Positions 35,209 through 46,816 of a DNA stretch of 64,000 nt are shown in pieces. Under the pieces are notes generated by a model. The model worked only from the letters and a program-made list of their open reading frames with translations. It was not told the origin of the DNA and searched no databases. The stretch comes from Callorhinchus milii (lineage: Eukaryota): positions 88,972,001-89,036,000 of the forward strand of contig NW_024704742.1 of NCBI RefSeq assembly GCF_018977255.1. Direction: 5' to 3'. Both the position numbers and the translations under genes were made by a program. The stretch's first letter is position 1. Each line of letters starts with the position of its first letter.

Positions 35209-37229
35209 TAGATTCTAGATAACTATCAGATAATAGATTCAGTTTACCTAGAAAATGCACAGTCTACAGTAAATCATATGAAAGCGCTTTGAGATGTTTT
35301 GATAACCTGATCAGGCACTATATAAAATACAAAATTATTACTATTGGTTAACAAAGGAGCACTTTGATAATTTAGCCATGAAGTACAAAACCAGAGCACA
35401 ACAGTAGATTATATATGATTGAACAACACACTTTGGAAAAAAAACTTATAAAAAGTTCGGAAAAAGTTTGGAAGCAAAAAATCATGTGGTTGTGGCAGAC
35501 CTCTGCTCATATACCCAGGAGTGCTACTGTTCTGCCTCCAACAGAGTTCTGTTCACTAACCAGCAGGAGATATGGAATAATCTTAACTAGAAAAAGGACG
35601 TGTTGATGTGCTGGTTGGGTACTCAAGCGCCAGATAACAATCAACATTTAACTTCTCAAGCAGCAAATTCTCAAACTCTCAGATTGAAAAATAACATCAA
35701 TTCCCCAACTTTCCAAAGCACGTTCCAAAGGTGTGACATACTTAGACCCTGGCTTCATAAAGCTCCTTTCACACCTTGTTGGCAGAAAGCAGATTGTCAC
35801 TGTCTTGCACAGCTTGTTAGGAATTGCCCTTGTCTCACATTTTCTTGAGGTCTGGGATTTTAAATGAATTACTTTCCTTCCCATTCACTTTTTAACTTCA
35901 AAATGCAAAAAAAGCACAAGCCGCTGAATTTCAAACTTGTGACAAGACTATAAAAAGGTTAAATCTAAAACAATTTCAAACTACAGGTGAAAAAAAATCA
36001 AGAAGGTCATAAATTATTCCTATATATTGTGTGCTTTTTCCCAATTTAGTGTTACAGTTAACAAAATCAAACATTTCTAACTTTTTTTCATGTGATATAC
36101 AGCAACAATTTACATCGTGCCCTTCACATGGGGTAGCGTCTCAAATGCTGATATATGATAGAATTTATACACCTTGAATTGAAGAGACTATAAAAGGCAG
36201 TGGATAGTTGATATTAACTCCGAGTGGGATAATCAAGGAGTCAAAATTATGTTATGAATGTTTTGAGCTGTGTAAACAGGTCCAGATCTCTCAGAGACAG
36301 CTTAGTGTCTTGAAAGCACACCAAGATATCTCAGGAGAGCCTCATTCCAAGGCAATGTTTGGGATCCGTGCTATAACAAAGTGTGATAGTGGATTTCATT
36401 GCACGTGTGCACAGTGGTCCGACCTGCTCCCTTGCACACCAGCCAGTTGCCATGCTAAAAGAAAACAATGGTTGACTTACTGACCTTGAGGTCAATTTCA
36501 CTTCCTGTTTAGTACACCCCCTAAAAAGGAAGTGATGTTGCCGTTGATCTGATGACCCAGAAGATCAGGCATTTTTTTAATCATGCAAAGCTAAAATGTC
36601 TGAATTCCAGGTCAGTAAAACATCAAAGTCACAATATCACTTTCAAAGTGACGCTGGCATTGATATAATGACAAAGGTTGAGCGGGAAAGCCAGCCGGCA
36701 CACAGGAGACAAAAGGGATGGTGGTGCATGGTGTCCACACTGAAGTATAACTGATTTTGTGTTGTAGTGAACTGCATTATAACAATGTAGCATTGTAGTA
36801 TTTTTTATGATCCAGACCATATCATAGGGGTAAGAGGTTGCTTGACCTTAAATTCAGCAGCTTTCATAGGAAAATCCTATAATAAACCCATCTTGTTAAA
36901 TTCAATCGCCAGTGATGTTTAAGGAGTGTTTCCTGTACAGCTTTTAGGTTCAATATCTCCGTGCTGCAAATGACGGCCAGTGCAATCCTTAACCGCCTCT
37001 GCAGTGACGTTCACACTGAGGGACTAACAAATCACGGCATGATTATCATACGTTTACCCAGAAATAATTTGCATATTATTACCGGAAAAGGACCATTCCA
37101 GAGACTGAATAAGCAATTACATACAATATTATCCTAAAAATCAAAATATTTCCAAAACTCTGCCACCCCCATCCACCCCCTTACCAAACTCTATATGTAC
37201 ATCACCCGAATACTCTACAGTCTCTGGCT

Positions 37230-37605
37230 CCAACAGGGTCCTCACACTCACCTAAAAATCCATCCATTCCCTGGCACTCCATTATCTCTCTGATCTCCTA
37301 TTCTAATCTTTCATGCACATCTTCCACTCAGCTGTCTCAGGCGTACTTTGTGTTCAACGACCTCTCCATGCACCATCAGTGGCTAAGGCTTCAGTTCCTG
37401 CATCCCAAACCTCTGGAACTCCCTCCATCAACCATTACGTTTGTCTGTCTTTAGGTCACCTGTCAAATGTTACCGCTTTGAACATACCTATGGTCATACA
37501 TATAAACATACCTTCTCTCCCTTCTCACTCACTTAGTGTCCAACTCCATCCATGTCAACTTCTTTGAGACATTATCCTACAGGAAGGGTCCTATCTAACT
37601 ATAAA
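37230..37605 (+). mobile_element. Old L2 3' end
   Basis: cctcacactcacctaaaaatccatccat...cccaaacctctggaactccctcc...tttgagacattatcctacaggaaggg. Confidence 0.6.
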
Positions 37606-38585
37606 TCATTATAAAGCTGCAATGTAGAATTTGATAAATAAAGCTAGGTGCTGTTGCACGTTGTCAACTGTAAAATCTATTAAATCCTGCCTCACTGCGC
37701 TGTGCCAGATGGTATTTTTAGTTGATAGATTAATGTGCAGAACATAAACTTTTACTGTGTTATTAACCAGGGGGAAAAACAATCATAAACGTTATGAGTA
37801 TGTTTGAACTGTCTATAGTCTCAAATATTTGTAGAGAATGGAGTTTCTCCTGGTGTTCTGACCAAATAAAATTGGTTGTTCACTTCATGGCTGTTTGTGT
37901 GACACTGCTGTGCCCAAATGTGCTTCTACATTCGTCTACAGTCACTTCACATGAAGCACTGTGAAAGGTTTCTATATGAAATGCAAGGATTATTATTATT
38001 ATTGCAGTTTAGATCACCCCGTAGAAGTAGGTTCTAAGTGGTTTTCAGTGATGGGTCAGCCAGACCATATTACACTTGAATGGATGTTACTTTCCTTGGT
38101 ATATTTGAACTTCCCAAAATACTTGTTTTCTGCAGGAGGTGGACAGTTTGTGCACTGGGTATCTTGTTAAGCCATTTCTGAATTGTCTTATTAACTATCC
38201 TAGTTGCACCAATGATTATAGGAACTATGTCTTGTACTGCCACATACATCCACATTCAATTTGTAGGTCAACAAACTTCCTGATCTTTTCTAGTTCCTTA
38301 TTTTGTACATTATAATCACTTGGAATGGCCATTTCAATGATGCTGCATGTATCATCTAGTTTTTTTTAAAAAGGTATCTGTTTTTATTATAAGATTACTG
38401 TTCTATTTTTATGCGCTAGTGAGTCTCAGATTATTGTGATCTTACCTTCTGTTGTCACTTTTGCTGGCTGAATGTTCATACCAGTTAGTCTTTACATCAA
38501 TATCAAAATGTTTACTGTGATTATATTTAACTACATTGTTATGTTGTACGCTGATGGTTTAGGGCTGGACATGATGATAATATTA

Positions 38586-39745
38586 TAGAATCATAGAATC
38601 AGCTATCCAATTCAATCCCACTCGCCCGCTCACTCCTCATAGCCCTGCAAACTTGTCTTCCCCAAATAATTATAATAATAATATAATAACAATAATCCTT
38701 GCATTTGATATAGCGCTGTTCATGTCTTCTCGATGCCTCAAAGCGCTTCACAGAATATACTGTAAAGTGAATTGACCGTATATTTGTGAGCGAACGCGGC
38801 AGCCAATTGTGCACAGCAATGTCCCACAAACAGTCATGGATTGAAAATGACCAATTTATTATTATTTTTGTTTTGGAGGGATTATTATCAGGCGTGTGGA
38901 GTAAGGAAACTTGCCCAAGGTTTCGCCCTGCCTGGAATTGAACTCAGATGTCTCACTTGCAAGGTGAGTGCTCTAACCACTGAGCTACAGGACTCCATTA
39001 TCTGCTTCTCTCTTAAAAGTTGTTATAGAATTGGCTTCCACCACCCTTTCAGGCAATGCATTCCAGACCCAAACAACTTGCTGTGTGAAAAAAATTCTCC
39101 TCATCTCCCCTCTGTTCCTTTTAAGAACTATTTTAAATCAGTGTCCTTGGGTTACTGACCCACGCGCCAATGGAAATAGTTTCCCCTTGTTCACCCTATC
39201 GAATCCCCTCATAATTTTGAAAACATCTATTAATTCTCCTTTTAACCTCCTCTGCTCCAAGGAGAATAATCCTGGCTTCTCTAGCCTCTCCTGATAACTG
39301 AAGTCCCCCATTCCTGGTACCATCCTGGTAAATCTCCTTTGCATCCTCTCCAATGCCTTGACAACCTTCCTAAAATGTGGTGCCCAGAACTGAACACAGT
39401 CTCTAGCTGAGGCCTAACCAGTGTCTTATAAAGGTTCATCATAACTTTCTGACTTTTGTATTCTATGCCCCTATTTATAAAGCCTAGTATCCCGTATATA
39501 TTTTTTAACAGCTTTATCTACCTGTCCTGCCACCTTCAAAGATTTACTTATATGAACCCCCAGGTCTCTCTGTTCCTTCATCCCCTTTAAGATTCTACCC
39601 TCTATCTTATATTGCCTCTCCTCGTTCTTACTCCAAAATGCATCGCTTCGTATTTCTCCACATTAAACTTCATCTGCCACGTGACTGCCTATTTTACCAG
39701 TCTATGTCCTCTTGCAGTCTGCTACTCACTGTTTACTACTTTTCC
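38586..39745 (-). mobile_element. CR1 3' part (about 0.85 kb) interrupted by a SINE
   Basis: ORF 39138-39353(-): ERMQRRFTRMVPGMGDFSYQERLEKPGLFSLEQRRLKGELIDVFKIM; tail tagaatcatagaat. Confidence 0.92.
38670..38997 (-). mobile_element. Full-length tRNA-Ala-headed SINE (short variant) inserted in CR1
   Basis: Colinear with 17683-17989; splits CR1 aataattat|...|ttatctg (compare the empty site at about 21070-21080). Confidence 0.92.
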
Positions 39746-40487
39746 TAGCTTAGTATCATATGATCTAATTATTATTATTGTTATCATCTATAACATTACT
39801 ACAAATAACAAAGTTGTGCATGTAGAAGCGTCCTGTTCTTGGCAGGGTCTGTTCTGCAGAGTCCTGTTGAACATTACTTCAGTGTAGAAAATCAAGTCTG
39901 ATAATGTCAGACGGTCATCTCCCAGAGGAGGGCATTGACCAACCATTACTGGGCATCTCATTGTAACACTGCTCACATACGTGTTGATCAGGAGTGCTGT
40001 TGTTTTTCTTGCAATAACAAGCATTTCAGAAGTGCTTTGTCCACATCACTGAGTTCTGGCTGTGTTCCTCCCACTGCCCCCAATCCCTGGCCAAATCTCC
40101 AGCTCTTCTCCTCGAGCCACAAACAATTATTTTTTCCTCACCTCTCTGATCTGCCTTCGTTCTCAACTTTTAATTTGTCTGCTTGGTTTTCTGCATCCTC
40201 TTTATCAACATAATTTCTATTCCTCTTTAGTATGCTTTTAATGTGGTTGCTTTCGACTAATTTTTTTTACATTTAATTTGTGTTTGATTTCCAATTTTAT
40301 CAAGTGCAAATATATGATTTTCAGTATTAAACCTTAGTTTGTAACTGCTCCGTATGCCTGGCACGAGCTGACGAACAGAATAATTTAACTCCAGCGATCA
40401 TTCATCGTATCCTCCTCCGTACTCCTACAACCCCACTGATACCTTACACTGAAAGTGAAAGCAAAATAGTTACTAGGTTACAGCTCA

Positions 40488-40915
40488 GGTGTCAGTCTGG
40501 CTCAGTTGGTAGCAAACTCCCTCTGAGTCAGGTTTCTTGGTTCAAGCTTCACTTCAGAACTTCTAACTCACAGTCTTAGACTGAAACTCCTATGCATTGT
40601 CAGAGGTGCTGTCCTTCAGGTGAGATGTTGAACCGTGGTCCTGTTTGCCTGTTCAAGTGGACAGTAAAAACCCCATAGCACTATTCAAAAAGGGAGGAGA
40701 CTTTCTCCCAGTGTCCTGGTAAACAATCCCCAGATACAACTGAACATTCACCTCATGGTTGTTTGTGGAGCAGTACTTTGTTCCAAAATTGGCTGTCATT
40801 CTCCTACAAAGTGCACACAAAGTGACACTACACTTTACAGTAAATCCTGCAAAATGCTTTGAGATGTCCTTCCGAAGTGAAAAATGCTATATTAAAAGCA
40901 AGGATTGTTATTATA
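40488..40915 (+). mobile_element. Full-length Deu-domain tRNA-SINE (older family)
   Basis: TGGCTCAGTTGG A box, GGTTCAAGC B box, gcattgtcagaggtgctgtccttcaggtgagatgttgaaccg central domain, L2-like tail. Confidence 0.82.
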
Positions 40916-41197
40916 GGATTTCAACCTCCAGCTCAAAGCAGTTCCACTTTTGATAAGCCTGAACATACAAAATGTGATAGTGATAAATTAGTTTAAAACA
41001 ACAAAAAGGAAAGGATGTCTTTTAATTGTCAGATTCCCAGTGCACTTACTATATATAGTGTGTTGTTCAATGCACTGTTGTTAATATTGCTTCCTGACAA
41101 TCTCCACTCCCTCTACACCTGACGTTAGTGAAGAATACTAAACTCCCCCTTCCTCTCTCTCTCTCTTCCAATTTCACCTCTCTCTTTCCCTTTCCAT

Positions 41198-41372
41198 TCT
41201 CAATCCACGACTGTTTGTGGGACACTGCTGTGCGCAATTGGCTGCCGTGTTTCGCCCACAAAATATACAGTCAATTCACTTTACAGTACATCCTGTGAAG
41301 CGCTTTGAGGTGTCTCACTAATGTGACAAGGCGCTATATCAAATGCAAGGATTATTATTATTTATTATTATT
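41198..41372 (+). mobile_element. SINE 3' half
   Basis: caatccacgactgtttgtgggacactgctgtgcgcaattggctgcc...(tta)n. Confidence 0.88.
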
Positions 41373-42081
41373 AATAGTTACTTTAATCAAACATTGTCCA
41401 ACTTAGCTCTGTTGAAAACCCTTTCCTGGGAAGCTCAATCTGTTTAACTAGTGCTATGAAACATAAGGTCCCACATGCTTTACCTTAAAAGCCTTTCCCT
41501 GTACAGTTACTTTTACCGTTATAATGATCTGCTGGAGATGAGAACAACTTGCTTCCTTTTCCAAGCTGGTTTAACTTGAGATTAGTAAGGGAGCTGCTTC
41601 TTACAAGACTGAGTAATACTTCCTTAGATGTATGCATCTTGAGATATGAAGTGGGGAAAAAAGCAGAAAGTAATTCTGTGCTAAACAGGTGTACAAGGGT
41701 TATTGTTTCAGACATGAGAAATAGCATTGATTGCTGTTGTTAGCAATTGGGGCATGATAAACTCTGATGCTTCACTCAAAGGAAAGTGCATCCAACATTA
41801 ATGCAATCCCTTTATCACTGCTCTAATAAAGTCTTCTTTTTATTGTTTTCCCATGTCTTCACGCCCCCATCCCCCCTTTCACCCCGCCATTGCCTTCATT
41901 CTGCAATCTTCTGACTCAGAGAGAATCATTCTCAACGGTTCAGTGCAAGGTCTTTTGAACAGCTTTCCTTCCCACTTGTAACATTTCCGGAGGAGATGTA
42001 TTATACTTTCTTCATTCAATAGGGCGGAAAATATAGCGATAACTATCCCATCATCTATTTTTATCCTAATCTGTCAAATTC

Positions 42082-42255
42082 TAATAATAATAATCCTTGC
42101 ATTTGATATAGCATCTTATCACGTTGTTGAGACCCCCAAAGCACTTCACAGAATATACTGTAAAGTGAATTGACTGTATATTTGTGGACAAAATGCTGCA
42201 GCCAATCACGCACAGCAGTGTCCCACAAACAGTCATGGATTGAGTGACCACATTA
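42082..42255 (-). mobile_element. SINE 3' half
   Basis: taataataatccttgcatttgatatagc...cagtgtcccacaaacagtcatggattgagtgacc. Confidence 0.88.
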
Positions 42256-42982
42256 TTATGACTATTTATTTTTTATCATTATTTTATTCTGTATTATGTT
42301 TTGTCTTGCGTCACCAATTATTAGAATTAAATTAGAAGAGAATCCAATACACCTTCCCCAAACTGCTGCTTAAACAATGTTTCCAGCATACTGGAACATG
42401 CTTTCATACACCAACGAGATACTAGACTTGCCCATCGGATGTGCTCTTAAAGTGCTGGTGAGCTTTCTTGCCTTAGTAACTGCATTCCTCAAGGAAATAT
42501 GTACTTTGGGTTAAGGTTTTTATTTGGCTTTGACTTCAGAGAGACTGAAATTAAATTCTCCTGAACCTGAACAGCATCTCCAAGGTCTTAGGGCGGTTTT
42601 TCTCAGCAGTGAAGTGTCCCTCCCACCTGGGACATGTTGGATGTATGTTGAATCCACAAGCTCAGGTAAAATCACTCACCTTTGAACCTTCAGTCTACAA
42701 ACTCCTCAATACCAAAAGAAACTTGAAAGAATACTGTAATTTTAAATGTTGCCAAGTTATTTTTCTTCAATTTTATTTGATATCTCTCCCACTTCACATC
42801 CAACAATATTTTACTTTCACTAGACCACATTTTTCTTTGTGGGCATTCAGTCTATGCCAAAGACTGAACACTAGCCCCTGCAGATGCTTCTCTGTGACCA
42901 GCTTCCATGAGCCAAAGTGGCACATAATCACAATTTAATGAAATTGTGATATACTAAGGATCCCTTAATCCCCCTAAAGGAT

Positions 42983-43122
42983 AGAGGGATTAAGGGATAT
43001 GGGGATTGGGGGGGTAAGTGGAATTAGGTTAGAAGATCAGCATGATCTTATTAAATGGCGGGGCAGGCTTGAGGGGCTAAATGGCCTACTCCTGCTCCTA
43101 CGTTTTATGGTGTTATGATCTT
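42983..43122 (+). mobile_element. CR1 3' UTR stub
   Basis: Matches 27331-27472 (agggattaagggatatgggga...aatggcctactcctgctccta). Confidence 0.88.
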
Positions 43123-43819
43123 AAAAAGAGAGCATCAATGTTGCATTGCCTTCACCACCACAATTGACACACGTTATGCTACAGTGGCTGTTTTAGGGAC
43201 ATTATCCTGTGCAATTTGCCTATAAATACACAGTCACTACACTTTACAGTAGATGCTGTGAAGCGCTTTGAGACATCTCGACAATGTCATAACTCTATAT
43301 TAAATGCAAGGATTGTTATTATTATTGTTATTCATCTGTGCTCTGGAAATCTGTAACCTTTGGTGCATATGGCTTTGTTGCTTCAGGTGATGTCTTTACT
43401 CACTCATCTATCAGGCAATCTTAGAAATTTAATTCTACTCAGAAAATCCTTTCAGTCACCCTAAATTTGCGAATAAGGAAGGAAGGTGGTTAATTACTGG
43501 GGCACTGACAAAATGAGTATGTATTTCTTTAGTCATTGACTTGTTTAGGCAAATGAAGAATAAGTCATTTGTAATTGCAAATTATTATCTGGGATAATAA
43601 TAGAAATAGCTAACTACCAGTTCGCTGTGCCATTGTGTTCGCCATTGTGCAGTGATGTGTTATTACAACTCATCGTGAAAGATATTGAAGGGTGGCTTTC
43701 CTATTTGCATTTCTTCCCGGCAACAAAAGGAGATGGTGATTTTGAAACTGTTCATTTACAACACTTCTACAATATACATCAGTACAGTGATAAGAACGAC
43801 AATGTTATGTGCTGCTTTG

Positions 43820-44110
43820 TCAAGGTGTCGTCCTTCAGATGATACATTAAATTAAAGTCCCATCCGTCTGTTCAGGTGAATATAAAAGATCCTGTGGCAC
43901 TAATCAAAAAGAGAAAGGAGTTTCTCCTAGTATCTTGACCAACAATTTCCCAGATAAAATTGGTCAATTATTTCAGCATATTGCTTTGTGGGCTGCCGCT
44001 TTCGCCTGCAAATACACAGTCACTTCACTTCACAATAAATCTAGATAATCACTTTGGGATGTTCTCCTGACATGAAGGGCACTATACCAGATGCAAGGAT
44101 TATTATTAAA
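43820..44110 (+). mobile_element. Deu-domain SINE, 5'-truncated
   Basis: aggtgtcgtccttcagatga...tgttcaggtgaatataaaagatcctgtggcacta. Confidence 0.75.
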
Positions 44111-44559
44111 GGATTATTATTACCTCAGCTTCCTTGCTGCTGAAATCCTCCTTTATACATCTGTCACCTAGTATAGACCTCATCATTACTCCCCTCATTG
44201 GCCTCCCTAACTCCACCAACTCAAGCTGTGTGAAGCTCTTGCCAACATGAAAGGCACTATATAAATGCAGTGCCTTTAAATGTATTATTATCATTTTTTT
44301 CAGAATGTGCGACCACGGCACTCAGTATGCCATTCCTTTATGAAATTCTGTAATTTTCCCTTTGTAAACATTTATTGTTATTTAAAAAGAAAATGTTAAA
44401 CTTCCATGGAACTTACTGTGGGCTTTGAAAACCCAAATTATAATTTTTGATTTTAAAAAAACTTTTCAAAAAATCTATTTTTTTTAAAGTGCCCATCAAG
44501 GGCATGGATGTCAGTACCAGTAAATGAAACATTACCTGACCTTTCGAGCTTCTGTGTAA

Positions 44560-44775
44560 GATTGCCAATTTAGTGCAAAATTATTGGCAGTTTGTTGTTA
44601 TAAATGGGTGCCCTCAAGGAACTGGGTTGGAACTGTCCACACTCATTTAACGTAGAACCATTACTGCCAACAGAGAGAAGAGGCTTTCATTCATCAACCT
44701 AGGTTGGATTCAGGCCCAAGGTCTCCTAAATGAAAGTACACTGTTCTCAGCTGTTCCATTGAGTGACTTCCCCTA
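44560..44775 (-). mobile_element. Ancient LF-SINE-like fragment
   Basis: Minus strand ctttca...gaatccaacctagg...gaaag...ctacgttaaatgagtgtggacagttccaacccagttcct resembles the LF-SINE 5' half as I recall it; not verified by search. Confidence 0.45.
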
Positions 44776-45314
44776 GTGAAGGCCAACTCGCATTTTTACC
44801 CTGTCCAAAGTTGTCCTGTCCAATACAATGCAGAGCAATTTAACGCTCCTCTCGTCGGACGGATGTCCCAAAGTGCACTCAAAGCAGTAGCTTGGTAATC
44901 AAGTTGGAAATGAGAGCTGAGGTCCCTGTGAAGGAGACAGATGATAGAGACTGCAGTGAAAGAGGTACGTTTCAAAAGATTCCTTGAAAAAGGTGGCTGA
45001 ACACAGTCACTCCACTTCACAATAAATTCTCTGAAGTTTTGAGATGCCTCAATACATGATATCTAGTGCAAGGATTATTACTATTATAACAATAATAATC
45101 ATCCTGGCATATTGCACAAAAATAACATAATTCAAATAAAATCTGCTGCGATTCTCAGCTTTCAGGGTCTACATTAGATAAAACAAATTCATCTTCAAAC
45201 AACTAGGGAAAACGCCTTTTGTTAATTTAGTAGGGGCTGGCTATTCCCATGAGCTATGTTCCATTTTCCCAGTTTCCTTCAGCCTGTCATGATAAGATAT
45301 CAGATACAGTTGAT

Positions 45315-46130
45315 CCTTCTATCCCTCTCTGAACCCCTCCAATCAGGTTTCCGCGCTGCCCACAGCACGAAAACAGCCCGGGTCAAAGTCACCAATGACA
45401 TTCTGAACATCTGTGACCAAGGCTCTCTCTGCTTCTTTGTCCTCTTCGACCTCTCTGCTGCCTTTGACACTGTCATCCTCCGCAACATTGCTCCGCCATT
45501 ATTTCATACCGCAGGCCACAGAGACCGTCATTCACGCATTCATAACATCCAGTCTCGACTACGCAAACTCGCTGCTTGTTGGTCTCCACAACTCCTCCCT
45601 CCATAGGCTGCAGATCATCCAGAACTCTGCAGCTCATGTCCTCTCCCGCACCAGGCTCCAAGCCTTATCACCCCCACCCTCGCTCAACTCCACTGGCTTC
45701 CCATCATGCAGAGGATACAGTTCAAGATCCTGGTCTTCACTTTCAAAGCCCTCCATGGCCTTATTCCCCATACCCATCTCTGTGACTTCCTAACCCCCTA
45801 CCAACTTCCCTGCTCCCTCCGCTCAGTGGCTCCAGCCTCTTTTATGTCCCCCACCTCACCTGCCCCACCTTTGGTGGGCGGGCCTTCAGTCATCACCCTC
45901 TGAAACTCAATGCAACAGTCCCTCCGCCTCGTCCCCTCCCTTGCCTCCTTCAAGACCCATCTCAAGACCCTCTTCTTCGCCTGTACCTTTGGTCGCCCTT
46001 CTTCCACCCTGCTCCCACCCTCCTCGATCCCAACTGCCAACTCGGGTCCGAAACAATGATTGGTCAGCGCCTTGGGACGTCCTCCCGACGTGAAAGGCGC
46101 TATACAAATGTCATTTTGTTTATTTGTTTG
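45315..46130 (+). mobile_element. L2 with internal deletion of most of the RT core
   Basis: ORF 45256-45606: PLQSGFRAAHSTKTA...DLSAAFDTV joined directly to ILRNIA; intact 3' tail gggacgtcctcccgacgtgaaaggcgctat. Confidence 0.92.
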
Positions 46131-46816
46131 ATGCTGCCTAAGTTTCACATACAATAAGCTAAATGTCAGTCCTGCTCTTTACAATGTAATGTTATTATTT
46201 ATCTAATAATTCAACACAAAGAAACTGATTGTACTTTGTGAACATTATTTTAGTGTCTTTATATAATAATAATAAAAAGGATAATGTTTTCTTTTAGTAT
46301 AAACAGATAGTTGGGAGGACATCTCAAGGCACCACACAAGCTTTCACTCAAAGTATAATGATTATATGTTTTGCAGGCAAAAGACTCATAGGTTTGTTAG
46401 AGTTTCAGATTGTAGTAATTGTAAGTAATTGTAAAGAAGGTACTTATTTATGTGGAAAGTGATGTCAACTGTGCCAGCCGTTGAATTAGCATGTGAGAAA
46501 GGAAGGAAAATAGCTAAGATCAGGTACATAGGGATCATAAAATCATAAAAGTTATAGAGCAGATGGAAGCCATTTAGACCTTTAAGGCTGAACTAGTACT
46601 ATTTTCTCTACTGGAGCTATCTACTCTAATCCCAATTCCCAATTATTTTCTTATAGAATCCAACTATTTTAAGACATGAACTCATGTCCCAACCCCAGTG
46701 AACGGACAGCGGCTGCTGCTGCTAATAGATTAGTCACTCCCAAACCATGATAAGCTCTTGTGTCACAAACTCAACATAACCAATGATGTCACAGGACATT
46801 ACCACATTGAAATAGA

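Noticed and set aside
36700..36800. Tigger-like terminus cattataacaatgtagcattgta
   Set aside because: No matching left TIR could be identified.
46692..46712. REST/NRSE-like GGACAGCGGC
   Set aside because: Only the right half-site matches.
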